Positions 12,669 through 26,617 of a stretch of 64,000 nucleotides of DNA are shown here, piece after piece (the stretch's first letter is position 1; every line of letters begins with the position of its first letter). The position numbers were made by a program, and so were the translations under genes. Origin of the DNA: Corythoichthys intestinalis (lineage: Eukaryota); assembly GCF_030265065.1 (NCBI RefSeq), contig NC_080410.1, positions 29,890,661 to 29,954,660 on the forward strand, given 5' to 3'. The notes under the pieces were generated by a model. The model saw nothing but the letters and a program-made list of their open reading frames with translations. It was not told the DNA's origin and ran no database searches.

Positions 12669-13696
12669 GCAATAGAACAGAATTTTCTGTGGGCCTTGCA
12701 AAATCTGTCAAAATCCAGTAAAACGGCTGGGAGTGAAGGGGGTTGCACCGGTGAAAAGAAAATGGCTGGGAGTGAATGAGTTAAGACCAGTAATGTCAGT
12801 AACACATTAATGTAATCTGCTTACTTTCAGTAACGACTAACGAGCAATCTAATGCGCTCATTTTTCCAAAAGATGACAAAAGATCTCAGTTCGTTGCTAA
12901 CTACACTGGCTCAAAAACACTGGGGACAGCTAAAAACTCCACCTTCAATTCAAAGAACCACTTGTAATTACAGCACAGTGCTATTTAATTGAATATATCA
13001 AAACTATGAATGAACATGTGAAATTATGTCTTTGACCAAAAAAAAAAAAAAAAGATAACAGAAAACAGGTTTTACATTCAACTTTCTTCAAAGTATCTAC
13101 CCTTTGCTCTAATTACTTTTTTGCACAATTTTGACACAGTTTCAATGAGCTTCAGGAATTCTAAATATCCATCTTGCCTCCTAAGGTGTGGTCTTGGCTA
13201 AGCAATGCAGTCTCTAAGGTGCTAGTCACATGATCTGTTCGAAAAATAATTTGGACCCATTATGAAATACTTTGAAGAATTCTTGTTAATTTCTTTCATT
13301 TTTGTTAATTTGCTTTACGACTTTTATAGACACCATTTAAATGGCCAGGTCTTTATTTTAAAGGTGAATTTCAGAATTTTTGAATTTTTTAAATCCTGGG
13401 ATTTTAACAGTGTTCAGGTATATGTGAAAGGCGCTTCTGATGTCACCTCTGTGCCTATTCACACGCATAATCAAAATTAGATTTGGACGAATAAATTATT
13501 CAAAAACGTTTTTCTAACCATCAGGTTCACATAATTTTTAATGGTTCAAATATTTAGTTTATTGCTTTATAAGGCCTGAATTTTGTAAAAATCAATTTCA
13601 TGAATGCTTTTCAATGACCCGCATAAACCCAGGGCTGGATCACTCCCCGTCAATGGGTGTTTTCAATTAGAGCCCCATCTTCAAATGGCAGCCTAC

Positions 13697-13779
13697 CTGA
13701 TACTCTGCGTAATTCTTGAGGCCGATTGTGAGGAAAGGCTTAAAGGCCTCCATGTACTTCTGGAATTCTGCTCCCAAAA
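13697..13779 (-). CDS. kpnb1: kpnb1 exon 16 ([27 protein letters not shown])
   Basis: Acceptor gttgcag, donor CAG|gtaggctg. Confidence 0.9.
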
Positions 13780-13844
13780 CTGCAACACCAAATCCCATCT
13801 GAGTTTCGACGTCAGGCGTCAAGACTCGGATCTGCGCGTCTTAC

Positions 13845-13989
13845 CCTCCACTAGTGTGCCGACGGCCATGAGCGCCTCCTGCTGCACGCCTCCAGAACCG
13901 GCCGTGCTTTGGAACATCCGCAGCAGCGAGGCCATCACCACGTCCGAGATCTGGACGGTGTCCTGATGCTGCACCTTGCGAAGAACATT
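13845..13989 (-). CDS. kpnb1: kpnb1 exon 15 ([48 protein letters not shown] + G)
   Basis: Acceptor cctcccag, donor G|gtaagacg. Confidence 0.9.
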
Positions 13990-14056
13990 CTGGGAGGAAG
14001 CACGAGAAGGTGTCAGGCGGAAGTCGACACGCGCCCAGGGACTGTGGACGGCTCAC

Positions 14057-14128
14057 CTGCAGGGTGGCGCACAAGAGCGACTGAAGGTCGTTGAACTGGA
14101 TTCTGTCCGAGGTGCTCTGGATGTGCGA
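14057..14128 (-). CDS. kpnb1: kpnb1 exon 14 ([24 protein letters not shown])
   Basis: Acceptor acctccag, donor CAG|gtgagcc. Confidence 0.9.
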
Positions 14129-14192
14129 CTGGAGGTAAAAGATCAAAGAATGAGAATTGAACATATCGAGGACGACCACATTGAAATTGTTA

Positions 14193-14414
<222 letters not shown>

Positions 14415-14832
14415 CTAACATTTGCTGCCATGTACCCTTTAAAAGGGGCATTCTCTCAGGCAAAAAGACACCCTTTGAAATCTTGACGCAAATTTACAGC
14501 AAATTAAATGACGTAGGAATGATTATTAGGAAGAATTAAGAGATTGGTTTCAAAGTCTGTTGACAAGTTTGACACAGGGTTCTTACAGGTTACATAGAAA
14601 ATATTGACTGTTAACTCTTTAGATGCTATTGACAATTAATACAGTGGTAGCTCTACTTACGAAATTAATTGGTTCTGGAAGTAGTTTCATAAACTGAAAA
14701 TTCCCTAAGTAGAGACACGTTTTCCATGTAAATGCTCTAATCTGTTCCAAGCCCCTCAAAATACAGACATAAATCCTTTATAAAGGATAACAATGAATCG
14801 AAAAATGTAACAAATACATTTGACAATTATAA

Positions 14833-15552
14833 CCCTTTCCCACTGAAACTAGTGGGTCAATGCGCATTTTTTTCCAAGCCGATGCAACCCACTAGCAATT
14901 GGCATTTGGCACCTTTCCCATTGACAAAAAAAGTTTTTTTTTTTTTAGCCGTCTAACACCCCACCCCTCCTCAGCCTTGCGCAAGGTTCGTGACGTCACC
15001 ACGCTAAGATGCGCTTCGACAAGTGCGACCGAATTCATTCAGTTCAAGGAAGTAAACAATGCAAAGCAACATGGAAGCCTCCTTTCCGTTTGTGTTCTCA
15101 GTTTTCATGCTTTTTACTGCCCTCAAAATGGTCGAAATGCAGCAAAGGATCAACACTCTGCTTGTGCTGGGGCAACGTAGGCGACGTGAATTTTGGTTTG
15201 AAATTGAAAGGAGTCATGTATGTCACAGAAGGAGGAGAAGAGCCTTTGTTTCATCTGTTATGGCTATTGCTAACGCTGCTACACCGACTGTTCGCCGTAT
15301 GTGGATCCGGGTTAGAGCACATGGTTTTTGTTTTTGTTATGACGCATCACGTACTAGCCTACGTCACCACGTAGATTACGGTGTTGACTGTTGACCCGGG
15401 GTTTTGCTTTCACACTGCATGACGATCAAAGCAGAGGTGATTTTAACGCGGGTCGATTGACACGGGTCGAGGCGGTCACTGCACCTTTCCCCCTGCCACC
15501 AAAAGCCGATTGTTAGTGGGTTGACACGGGTTTTTTGGCCAGTGGGAAAGGG
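14833..15552. mobile_element. MITE with TIR CCCTTTCCCACTG...CAGTGGGAAAGGGG in a kpnb1 intron
   Basis: Inverted termini about 700 bp apart. Confidence 0.55.
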
Positions 15553-16247
15553 GTATTACAATATTGCACAAAGAGAAAATGAGTTGTGCATAATGTAGAA
15601 AACTAAGATTTCAATACGCCCACGTACAGCTGTCGGAACATCTCATTGCCCGAGGGGCGAATGAAAAGGACACTGGGATACACACATATGAATACAGTAT
15701 AGGTCCTTGTTAGCCAATTGGATGCCAGGAAGATGCTTGTCAAGAGCCAATGGCAGAGCAGCTATAAGTATGTTACCGTCGGTAAACTCTGGGAGTTGCG
15801 AGTAGCACCCCATACTGTATTAACGCCTAACGTATCCTGAAATTTCTTTCGTAACAAGAGATAATCTTTTCCCGTTGAGGTGTGTCATAACCTGATGTAG
15901 AGATGTTCCCTAGGTAAAGGTACCACTGTATAGGATTACTGTAGAGCCGTTAGAACAGTCGGAAAGCTGTTGAAGTGTTTCCTCACTCGTAATAGTAAGA
16001 TACTGTGTGGTCAATGTAAAAACAGTTCACTCTCACAGCAGATTTAGTTCATTCAGCACAGTCAATGCTGACGCATGAGTCAATATAAACACTTTTTTTG
16101 CCATGATCATTTTTTAAAGTCTCCAGCACTGTGTGTGTTGACTGTTACTTGAAATTTTGATTTAGGTTTGTTATTTTTGTTTAGCTGGTTTAAAAAAATC
16201 TAACTTAAGCAACAAGCAAAAGCTCGTATATCTCCGTTTTCTCTGAC

Positions 16248-16378
16248 CTGTCGGTCGTCTCCAGCAGTTTCTGGACAATGAGCTCAAAGGAAGACGACAG
16301 GCAGTATGTGCTGGGCTCTTCCTGGTCCTCGGCTGCCTCGGTGGCCTCGTACGCCGCCTCCGCCAAAGACGTGAAAGC
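16248..16378 (-). CDS. kpnb1: kpnb1 exon 12 ([43 protein letters not shown] + AG)
   Basis: Acceptor cccctcag, donor AG|gtcagag. Confidence 0.9.
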
Positions 16379-16451
16379 CTGAGGGGACAAGTGACGGCCA
16401 GGCGTCAGCTCCTCGACACGCACGTCGACACCACGCCAGACGCAAACGTAC

Positions 16452-16643
16452 CCAGCACACGTTGTTGGCCACCCGAGGTTCAGCACCCAGGCCCTCGATC
16501 AGACACTGCAGGAGCGGCTGTAGGTAGACTTCGTTGATGACTGCCTCAGGCAGCAGCTCGCAGATCCGGCCCACCGTCCACGCCGTGGTGTCCCTCACCG
16601 CCACGCTCGGATCCTTCATCAGCTCAATTAGTGTTGGCATGGC
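16452..16643 (-). CDS. kpnb1: kpnb1 exon 11 ([64 protein letters not shown])
   Basis: Acceptor ttgctcag, donor TGG|gtacgtttg. Confidence 0.9.
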
Positions 16644-16880
16644 CTGAGCAAAAAAAAAAACAAAAAACAATGATTGTTAGGCGATCTGTATCCTCCGATG
16701 TTGGGAATTCATCTAGTGGCACCCGTAGAGGGGAGCCAAGCGCGTCAATGGGCCTCAAAAATGGTTTGCACGTCGAGTGCATTTGTTTTAAAGTATCAAC
16801 TCATTGGCTGCCATGGACAACGATACACATCCAATCCATTTTGACTTGGACGGCTGGAAAGGATCATTCGAGCATCTCAC

Positions 16881-17105
16881 CTGGATGACGAGCGGTTTGA
16901 GCTGGCTTGGATCAGGTCCCTCCAAGATGGAACCAAAGGCCATGACGGAGGCATCGCGGTATCGCCAGTCGGGGTGTCTGATGTGACTTTTAATGAAGGG
17001 CAGGATGTGCGGCACCACGTCGCCCTCGCAGCACGTAGAAAGCAACAACAGACAAACGCCGGCTGCTTTGCACGGGTTCCAGTCATCGTCGTCGTCATTC
17101 TCGTC
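16881..17105 (-). CDS. kpnb1: kpnb1 exon 10 ([75 protein letters not shown])
   Basis: Acceptor gcgctcag, donor CAG|gtgagatgc. 75 aa. Confidence 0.9.
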
Positions 17106-17139
17106 CTGAGCGCCACAGACAGATGTTGCACAAATGTCA

Positions 17140-17313
<174 letters not shown>

Positions 17314-17323
17314 TCATTCTTTA

Positions 17324-17515
<192 letters not shown>

Positions 17516-18010
17516 TTACATGCGATTCTGTGCTATTATGTTGCTTCTCAATGATCGGAGAATTTTCCTCCTCACGAACGTTTCTGTCTAGTGGGGTGCC
17601 ACAAGGTTCGATTTTAGGGCCTGCTCTGTTTACACTTGTTACTTTTAGGATCAATTAAAAAAAAAAAACTGGTGCTTCTCAATGATTGGAGAATTTTACT
17701 CCTCATCAACTTGTCTGTCTTGTGGGGTGCCACAAGGTTCAATTTCAGGGCCTGTTCCATTTACAGTTAACTAGTTACCGTCAGGATCAAATATAAAAAA
17801 AAGTATCTCATTTTTATGGCAATCACTTGCAGTTGTATTTGCCTTTTAGACCCAATGAACGAACTGCTCTCACTAAATTAATAGACTGGATGTCCAATGT
17901 GAAGCAGTGGTGAGCACTGAAATTTGCACCTTAATGACAGCAAAATTGATTGTATAACTTTTGGCTCACCATCCATGATGAATGCCCTTGAACCGAACTC
18001 CGGCTGTATA

Positions 18011-18368
18011 CAGTGGGGCAAATAAGTATTTAGTCAACCACCAATTGTGCAAGTTCTCCAACTTGAAAAGATTAGAGAGGCCTGTAATCGTCAACCTGGG
18101 TGTAGGTTCCAAACCAAAAAAAGGCCCCCAGCTCGACGCGCTCTTCGTTTCCTCACAAGCCCACCGGACAGCGGCAAAAAGGACTCTCACTGCTCGTATT
18201 GAGTTCGTTCATTTAATCCAACAAAAAAACGACTCCACAGAGCGATATCCAAAACGTAAACAAAGGAGCAAACAGAGGCAAATAATGAGGAAACGAAAAA
18301 TTATCCACTTCAAACGTAAAAGAGAAACATAGAACGTTAGAGAGACTAAATACTTATTTGCCCCACTG
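18011..18368. mobile_element. Tc1-derived MITE (TIR CAGTGGGGCAAATAAGTATTTAGTCAACCACC), TA TSD
   Basis: Inverted 32-bp termini flanked by TA on both sides. Confidence 0.75.
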
Positions 18369-18612
18369 TAGCTCCTTTTTTTAAGACGCATGAAAATAAA
18401 TCTCTGATATTCGATAACAGGCTCAACTTTGACAACAAGTTTTTTCACTTTTTCCCCCAAATTATATTATATATATTATATATACTAATAAATGTTTTTT
18501 AAGTACTTCAAATGTAATAATTATGTTAAGTTTCTAACATGTTACTGTCCCACCAAATTATTTTTAAACAAGAATAGGCAGAAAAATGCTTGGCTTTATT
18601 AGTTGCTTCATT

Positions 18613-19210
18613 GGGGCCGTTTACATGGCGACTCTCCGAGAATACGAAAAATGTCAAATTTGCATTTGCGTCTCCATTTGAACAATGTCGCGATTCCCCA
18701 TGAAAACGATGTAGTATTCATGCCAGGCCCTAGGGGGCAGTGCAGATTTACCGGGCGACAGAGAATGATGCACTTTGACCCCACCAAGCTCCCTCAGCCC
18801 GGAAAAAAAATATGCTCGCCCACTCGAAGCAATGTCATTTTTCTTTTGCTCAAAAAGGCACAAAAATTGAAACGTTCAACATATTTAAAAATATTATTAA
18901 AACAGTAAATTAAAGCCGACATTCCGCCACATTTGCTGTTTTTAATGTTTAGTAGCACCGCTGCGCACGCCCAATGTGACATGTACGAGTGCCGAAGTTA
19001 ACGACGCGGTCTCGCGCTGCAGGAGCCTTTGATATGCATGCCGAGGAAGCCCCCCTCAACCCCCTGCAATCGGATTCTTCCACTTTGGAGGCAGGATTCA
19101 GAATTTTTCGTCTTCGCCTTCAGTCTTCGCCGACACCATATGCACGCGAGGCGAGTCCGCAACTCAGTCATTGCGTCTTTGTGTCGCAGAGTCGCCATGT
19201 AAACTGCCCC
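18613..19210. mobile_element. MITE with TIR GGGGCCGTTTACATGGCGACTCT
   Basis: Inverted termini. The site is unoccupied in the paralogous sequence at ~8090 (cttcattgagtg). Confidence 0.6.
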
Positions 19211-19816
19211 ATTGAGTGAAGAAAGAAGTGGTCAGCCTGATCGGCCCCAACACTCTCACACCTCCCAGCTGCTCATTTACACACACAGAGTTGCCGCAAC
19301 TTTTTAACAAGTTAAACGATGATTGACATATGCGGCGCTCTGATCTTGCCAGAGAACCGCACATCAAACATTGAACATCTGTCAATCATCGTTTACCTTA
19401 ATAAGCAACTCCAATGCACTCACTGCCTGACAACATTGAGCAGGGAGAGGGAGGGACAGAGAATGAGACGAGCTGTCCCGAATAGATCGCTCGTCTTTTT
19501 TTTTTTTTTTAATTGGAAAAAAAAATCTGCGATGGACTGAGGGCGCGAAGTTTGAAGCGCGAAGTAGTGAGGGATAACTATAGTTCTGTTTTAAGAGCAA
19601 GTTTATTCCAGCTCCGCCTCTTGGACAAAGTAAAGCCTTTTCTTAGGCGCCATGACCTTGAACAAGCAAATCGTGCCTTCATAAACTCAAGGCTGGGCTA
19701 CTGCAGTGCGCTTTATGTTGGGCTACTCATGATGATTTCTCCATATGGGATGAGGTAACTGATTGCAGTTTTGGATCTATGTGATGGGTCGTCACTTGGT
19801 TTGCTGTCAGTCTTAC

Positions 19817-19906
19817 CGCAAAGAGAGCCGGGCCCATGTAGGCCTCCATGTACTGGTAGTACAATGACATGATCTTGACTAAATTCTGAAGAGCTGCCAC
19901 TCGCAC
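19817..19906 (-). CDS. kpnb1: kpnb1 exon 7 ([30 protein letters not shown])
   Basis: Acceptor gtttttag, donor GCG|gtaagactg. Confidence 0.9.
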
Positions 19907-19979
19907 CTAAAAACAAAAATCACAGGATGAGCTGCATGCATTTTAGCGTGAGGTCCCAGCACCCGATGGGGTTACTCAC

Positions 19980-20039
19980 TCGTGTGTCCGGACACTGTGT
20001 GGCCTCGCACACCACCTGCATAATGACGTGTCTCTCCGT
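19980..20039 (-). CDS. kpnb1: kpnb1 exon 6 ([20 protein letters not shown])
   Basis: Acceptor gtcgcag, donor CGA|gtgagtaac. Confidence 0.85.
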
Positions 20040-20060
20040 CTGCGACACATACAAGCGTCA

Positions 20061-20312
<252 letters not shown>

Positions 20313-20551
20313 CTACTTAGCAAAAACCTAAACCTAGTGCCGGCTACACGAAATTCGATGCTGTTAGAACAACACGCAAACACATAATTCATTATTGTTT
20401 GGACGATATGTATTAAGAGCTACATACGTCAAATGATCATCAGATGAGGTTAAAAATGAGGAGCCGAAAGAACAGATTAGTTCTTAAATGTAAGAAGCCA
20501 AATGCAAAACATTTTCTTAAGCAGAAAAGGTAAGCCTTTGCATTGGGGCTA

Positions 20552-20788
<237 letters not shown>

Positions 20789-20854
20789 TTATGGGTTTTA
20801 GGCTAGGACACCCTATCAAAACGGACAACGGCAACTCATCCACCACCAACTTAC

Positions 20855-21037
20855 GTAGTTTTTTATCTGGCAACGAGAATTGGCGTCCACGGCCAGCCAT
20901 CTTTGCTGGTATCTAGCTTTGACGTCCGGGTCTTTGGAGGTCAGCGAGTTCTTCACCTGCAAGCCGGCAGCCACTCGAGCCACCTGAGTGTTTCCCGGGT
21001 TGGCCAAAACCTTGGACAACTCCACCAGGAAGGTCGG
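20855..21037 (-). CDS. kpnb1: kpnb1 exon 3 ([61 protein letters not shown])
   Basis: cctttcag acceptor, TAC|gtaagt donor. 61 aa collinear with human KPNB1. Confidence 0.9.
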
Positions 21038-21259
21038 CTGAAAGGATAACATGTCAACAATTAGTAAAACGGCTAGCAGAATCGCTTCCAAAGTTCAATG
21101 TTTTCAACAGTAAGTATTCCAAAACTCAAATGTTTATCTTGCAAATATTTTTTCCCCCTGCAAGAGACAGAAGCATCTCTCAGAGACCTCAAGTAAGAAT
21201 ATTGATCGATGTTTAGCGTTTCCATGGGATGGATTAGATTGTTCCTTAACAATCTAAGG

Positions 21260-23329
21260 CAGGGGTCCCCAACCTTTTTTGCGCCACGGACCGGAGTGAT
21301 TTGGGTCTTTTTTTTCACGGACCAATGTTCTGTCAAATTTTGCACCCTTATAAAATTTTGCTCCCAACACGTTTATGTCGGTGAAAAAAGCCTTTTATAT
21401 TCAGTTGGACTCTCAATGTTATCCAACGGTGTAAAAAATTATATGCATATTAAACATACAAGTGCAACACGAAAATGGCGTAAACTAATGCTTAATGACA
21501 CGGCGAAGTCGCTAAGTGATAGAGTTGCGTGCAGCTAACATGGCAAACGTAAGTTTATATTCAGGGGTGCACATAAGTGGTCCGCATGCGCGCATGCGTA
21601 CTGGACGTAGACAAACGCGCTGGCCCTCAACGGCTTCCATACGCTTTTGCGTACCGATGGCTGACCACTGTATTTGCGGCGGACACGAGAAAAAAACTAC
21701 TCAAAATGTCGAAGAGGCAGGCCACACTGAGTAATTACTTCCGTGTTCCCCCACCCCCGTCAAAAGACAGACAGACGACAGAGACGTCACCGGAGCTACC
21801 GAAAAAAAGGACTTTTGCTGAAAAGTGGCTACAGGAGGTACCACGGCTAGAAGCAAATGATGCTCGCACGGAAATGCGATACAAATTGTGCCGTGAGAAT
21901 CCCAATGTCGCCGATAAGAGCAGCGCATTTTATGTACGGTCAAAGAATTTCAGCCATCCAAACTTTGAAAAGCACGAAAAAAACAGCATGTGGCAATTAA
22001 GCAAACTATCGATGTCAAACAGGACCCCACTCGCGGCGAGTCCACAGGGCGAGTGACTCGCCCTATGGACAAGTGGCGGAATAAAGGTAATGAACAGCGA
22101 CATGCACTGACAAACGTGTTTTTGCTTGCATTTTACAAAGCTAAACATGCATGTTCAATGAGGTCTTATGAGGAGGACATCCCACTTTTAAAAAGGCTTG
22201 GAGTTAATGTGGGAGCCGCATAATGCCCTTTATTTTGAATTGGTGCTTTTTATTTCTTTACATTTCACTTCAAAGTAATGGCAATTTTGTTGTGCCAGTT
22301 GATGTTAATCAAGCATTAATTGTTAATATAATTAATTAAAGTTAATTGGCTCTAAGTAAAGCTTGTCATAAATTTATCGCATCAGGCGGGTCGGCTCTCA
22401 AGCTCAATGAGGACCAAGTTACATCTCCAGGTCCTCCTCTGAGAACCTGGGCAAAAAAATTATGTGCACCCCTGTTTATATTCCTTTCTTGAAAGAAAGT
22501 GTACTTTGGAATCGCCGCAGTCGCGGTCATTTTTAACGTTACGCGCATGCCAAACTTGTCAGAACACCAACAATGTGTGGCAGAAAAATACAGCAAATAT
22601 AAAATAACATTTGTTTTGAGCCCCATCGTGTCAAGTGCAGGGAAAATACAACTCACCCGCTGAATTAGTGTGAGGCCTGAGCTTGTTTCGTTTGTTTCAA
22701 TACTCTCCTAGCGACATCAGGCTATTTCGAAATGACGTTAATTCAGAAACTCTGGACTGTTGTCTCAAATGTACGTTTAAGGTCGTCGTGATTTGCGATC
22801 TCTACAAGCTGATATTCTTGTTGCACGGACATGCTCGAATCACTCGGTTTATTAACATACGGGGTCACAAATCCATTCCTTCGCAGTTCGTGGGTCTTTA
22901 GTGATTGAGAAGTAGCATAGATCTTGTTTTCTTGAGGTCGTAGGCTCATCTTCTGGCTTGTGAGTTTCCCTTTTCCACGTAAAAAATCTGTCCAAAGATG
23001 TCTTTTTCTGTCATTCTAGTGTGGGGGCCAATTATTTTCGGGAACAAATGTGATGGGTGACAACCTACATCATACGTTATTATCGAGGCCAAGTGCACAT
23101 AGATATACAAACAAGATGTACTGCTAACAGTCCAAGCAATGCATTTCTATGACGACGTCCCTTTCTGTAGTTGTATATCTAGAGTAGACAGGGATATTGG
23201 CGTGTTAAGCGGCACAGGCCAAAGTCAATCGGCCAGAACACAGTCGTTAATATATTATTTCTGCGCCGCCAGGTACCAAATGCGCCACGGACCGGTACCG
23301 GTCCGCGGCCCGGTCGTTGGGGAACCCTG
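21260..23329. mobile_element. hAT-Charlie-like element (TIR CAGGGGTCCCCAACC.../...GGTTGGGGAACCCTG) in kpnb1 intron 2
   Basis: Inverted termini. Internal ORF 21577-22056 has an N-terminus like TTF-type zinc-finger hAT transposases (MSKRQATLSNYF...KRTFAEKWLQEVPRLE...). Confidence 0.6.
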
Positions 23330-24133
23330 CTACAAGGTCTGTGGACGCACAGGCGCAAGCCATCTCATGAGCCTCGTGACATGGTGATTACGTCACCCAC
23401 TCGTTTGCGGTACCCCTCTTTCAAAAGTGCGAAAGTGGAGCTTCATCCTTGTTTTTACTCTGTCAATAGACCAAGTAAAACCGGAGACAATGCCCTTAGA
23501 ATGTTATCGCCTTAGTTTATGTCAACTTATTTGTTATTTCTTGTCCTTTTCCCAATCGGAAAGCATGGAAGCGAACAACATATTCCATGATTCTATTCTG
23601 ACGTCAAACCGCAAATTAAAATTTTTGCACGCGAGGTCAAGGGCGTGTGTTGTGAGAAGGAAGAGAAGGCTCGCGTATCAGTGACCACGATTAGGAGTGA
23701 TTGTGAAGAGTTTATTTGGAGATCTGTAAACTGAACTTTGCTTTCTTTCAAAAACTTGATGAAGAGGATGACTCAGATGTGTCATCTTTGGACGAGTCTG
23801 TGAGTGATAATGTTTACATAAATATGTGTGTGTTCAAGATAAAGTGACGGGTGAAAAAACAAACCTCACAACAAGACGTCCTCCAAACACTTTTTAGCCG
23901 CGCTATAGGAACAATCTATGGAACCTTTTTTGGGGCCAATGTCATTATTTTGCGTGTTCGCACATGTAGGAAGTCGGGACCAGGATCTCGAGTTACGAGA
24001 ACCATTTCAGTTCCTTCTGAGGTAGGGACTTTCAGTGGGGCCATAGGAACTTGATTACGTAAGTGTTTGGTGATTTACTGAAATCAACAACTATGCCCCT
24101 TAATTCTGTCACGTCTCAATTAGCCGCCATATT

Positions 24134-24134
<1 letters not shown>

Positions 24135-24176
<42 letters not shown>
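24135..24176. repeat. poly(A) tract of ~42 nt preceded by ATTTATTA, possibly a retroposon tail
   Basis: Homopolymer run after an AATAAA-like motif. Confidence 0.5.
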
Positions 24177-24177
<1 letters not shown>

Positions 24178-25420
24178 ACTACCCTGTACTAAATCAGAGT
24201 CCTCCTCCAGTCTCATCATGAGATACTGGATTTGCTCGCAAATGGAAACCATTCCCTTCATTCATGCAAGAATTGCTGTTGAATCCTCGACGATCTTCAT
24301 TTCGTTTCTATCCGTTCATTTTAGTTTTCGTGGTTTTATTTTGCCAAAGGTGGGTGTGGCGAGTAAATAATGCGTCACTGTCGTAGACTACATCGTCACA
24401 GCAGTTTGTATCAGGCGCAGTACCCATGTGTGTAGGTGACTGCCTGGCAAAAGAGTTCATTTAACTACTGGAGAGGCCTAAAGTTATAGGAACTAAATAC
24501 TCAGGTTTTTACAGTCCATAAGCAGCTTTTGTGTTGGATGGCATATTTTTGTGTTATATTTGCACTGTTTTGAACTTTTTAGTAGTTGTTCTACTGTATA
24601 TAAATTGTTTTGACCATGGTATGTATAAAGGCCAAAAACGCAGATGACCATACCTGCTGTTTCTGTTGAATTATCAAACTATTCAGTCTCTTTTTCCCTC
24701 CTATTGAATGTTCATCCGAACAAGTTGAATATATAATATCAAGCTTCGAAACGGTTTGTTGAGCATGTTTGGCTGTCAATTAGGCTCGAGCGTTTACGTC
24801 ACAGCAATGAGGGATCTCGGGAGATTTCGTGAGATTTGACAACAACGCAGCCATATTGGAAGCAGGTCTGGTTCGTGGGACATTTAAACGGCAAATACAA
24901 TTCAACTACGAGTGCCACAAGATGGAAAAAAGTTAGGAAAACTTCGAACTAGCCAGTTCGATACAGAGACAAACTCGTTATTAAAGCGAGGGACAGATAT
25001 CTGATCAAACTTAAGGATGTGAACAACGTTGACCCTTACGAGCAAGCCGAAGGCAAATGGAGTAAATTACGCGAAATGGAAATTCTGCTGTATTTGGTGT
25101 AAGTTACTACACTCATCACCAATTCCGCAATTACAAATCGCTACAAAGCTATGAACAGTTTTGCTGCGGATGGGTACAGGACCTGCACATTATGACCGTA
25201 TCAAACGGCAACACCATCATCTTGCAAAAGTAGGCTATGTGTGTTTACCATTTTCATTGCCATGAACATCTGAATTTGTGCTGTGCTGAGCTGTGATTGT
25301 TAAGTGACAAATCAATGCTGTGTTTTAGAAAACAGATTTACCTTGCTCAATGTTTCCCAGTTGGCCTACTGCAAGCAAACTCACTTCAGAAATTTACGTA
25401 GACAAATGAAATTAACTTAC

Positions 25421-25664
25421 CGGAGTGGAAGTGCATAGAGCAAACTCTGTGTACAACTGTAGAATTAAACGTTATATCCTTTCTTTTGATCAAGGCAACC
25501 CATGCCATTCTTCGACGTTTGTTAAGTTCAGATATGACCTTCACCTCGCCTTTTCTCCATGTAGGGATCCGGAAGAAGCTCAATGGGGTTCCGTCGATCT
25601 GTACATTCTCCTTTCTATTCGATCGGTTGTTGTAATTCTTTACCGCACAATAATTCCCAAACAT
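25421..25664 (-). CDS. THAP zinc-finger exon nested in kpnb1 intron 2 (MFGNYCAVKNYNNRS...SFFRIP...RVCSMHFHS); alternative upstream ATG at 25697
   Basis: C2CH THAP signature with SFFRFP-like and VCSxHF motifs. Exon ends at canonical donor TCCG|gtaagt. GCCATTTTG and CAGGAAGT motifs lie just upstream. Confidence 0.5.
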
Positions 25665-26558
25665 TTTTAAAGAGCGACCTGTGTCGAAATGCCTCACTGT
25701 TTATGTTTCCCGGGGTTCTGATACCGAACTTCCTGCTTCCAAAATGGCGAGAGGGGCGGAAATCTCGCGCATGGGGAGGGGGGAGTGCTAGGTCATACAC
25801 ACGAGCCTAATAGGACATCAATGTTACAAATTCTGACAAATAAATTTTGGATTTTTTTGTAGTTATGGGCCGAAAGGTCGGGGCTGAGAATAGCAATGCA
25901 TTTTTAGTTTTGCATTGCTATTTTTCGGCCCCTGACCTTTCTGCACATCTCTAATTTTTTGGTCTTTGTGAGCCTAAAATGTTAATTAGTCAGAGAGATG
26001 AAAACAACAGTTTGAACATGAAGGTTATGTTGTCCTGATAAACAGGACCCAACAAGCCCATTGTGAATAATTCTTTGAAATATGAAGGTAACATTAAAGG
26101 GTTAACCAATTGATGTCACGATCCGGATCGAAGGTCGTTAAGTTTGTCGATACGTGTCAAAATGTCCGGTTATCGGCACCAACAGTTGGCCAGTATCAGT
26201 AAAGCACTTGAGCGTTGTTTCGAAAACCAACAATTTAAAGCAACAAAACCAATGCCAACTCTCATGAGTGTTAGGAAAAACCCCTGAAACGCATACAGTG
26301 TATTAGGGCCAGTGACGTTGCTCACCCACAATGCATCGCGTGGCACCACCGGTCTAAACTTTAATCGGTAACGAATATTAGTCTTTACCAGCGTCTTAAA
26401 TAACAGCACGACGAGTGCCCGAGGTGGCCCCGAGATACCTCCGGGGTCACATGCGAGCGAGCCGAGCCTGCCTTTAGGGTGCGCCGGGAGGGGCTGATGC
26501 TAACGCTAATGCTAGCGCCGGTCAGGCGGGCTCCACGCTCGCGCGTCATCTTACTCAC

Positions 26559-26617
26559 CAGGTTCTCGATGGCCGCTTGCTCCAGAAACTTCTGCGCCGC
26601 CTCCAGCTCATTCCGAT
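26559..26617 (-). CDS. kpnb1: kpnb1 exon 2 (DRNELEAAQKFLEQAAIENL)
   Basis: Acceptor tgtgcag, donor CTG|gtgagtaag. Phase agrees with exon 1. Confidence 0.8.
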
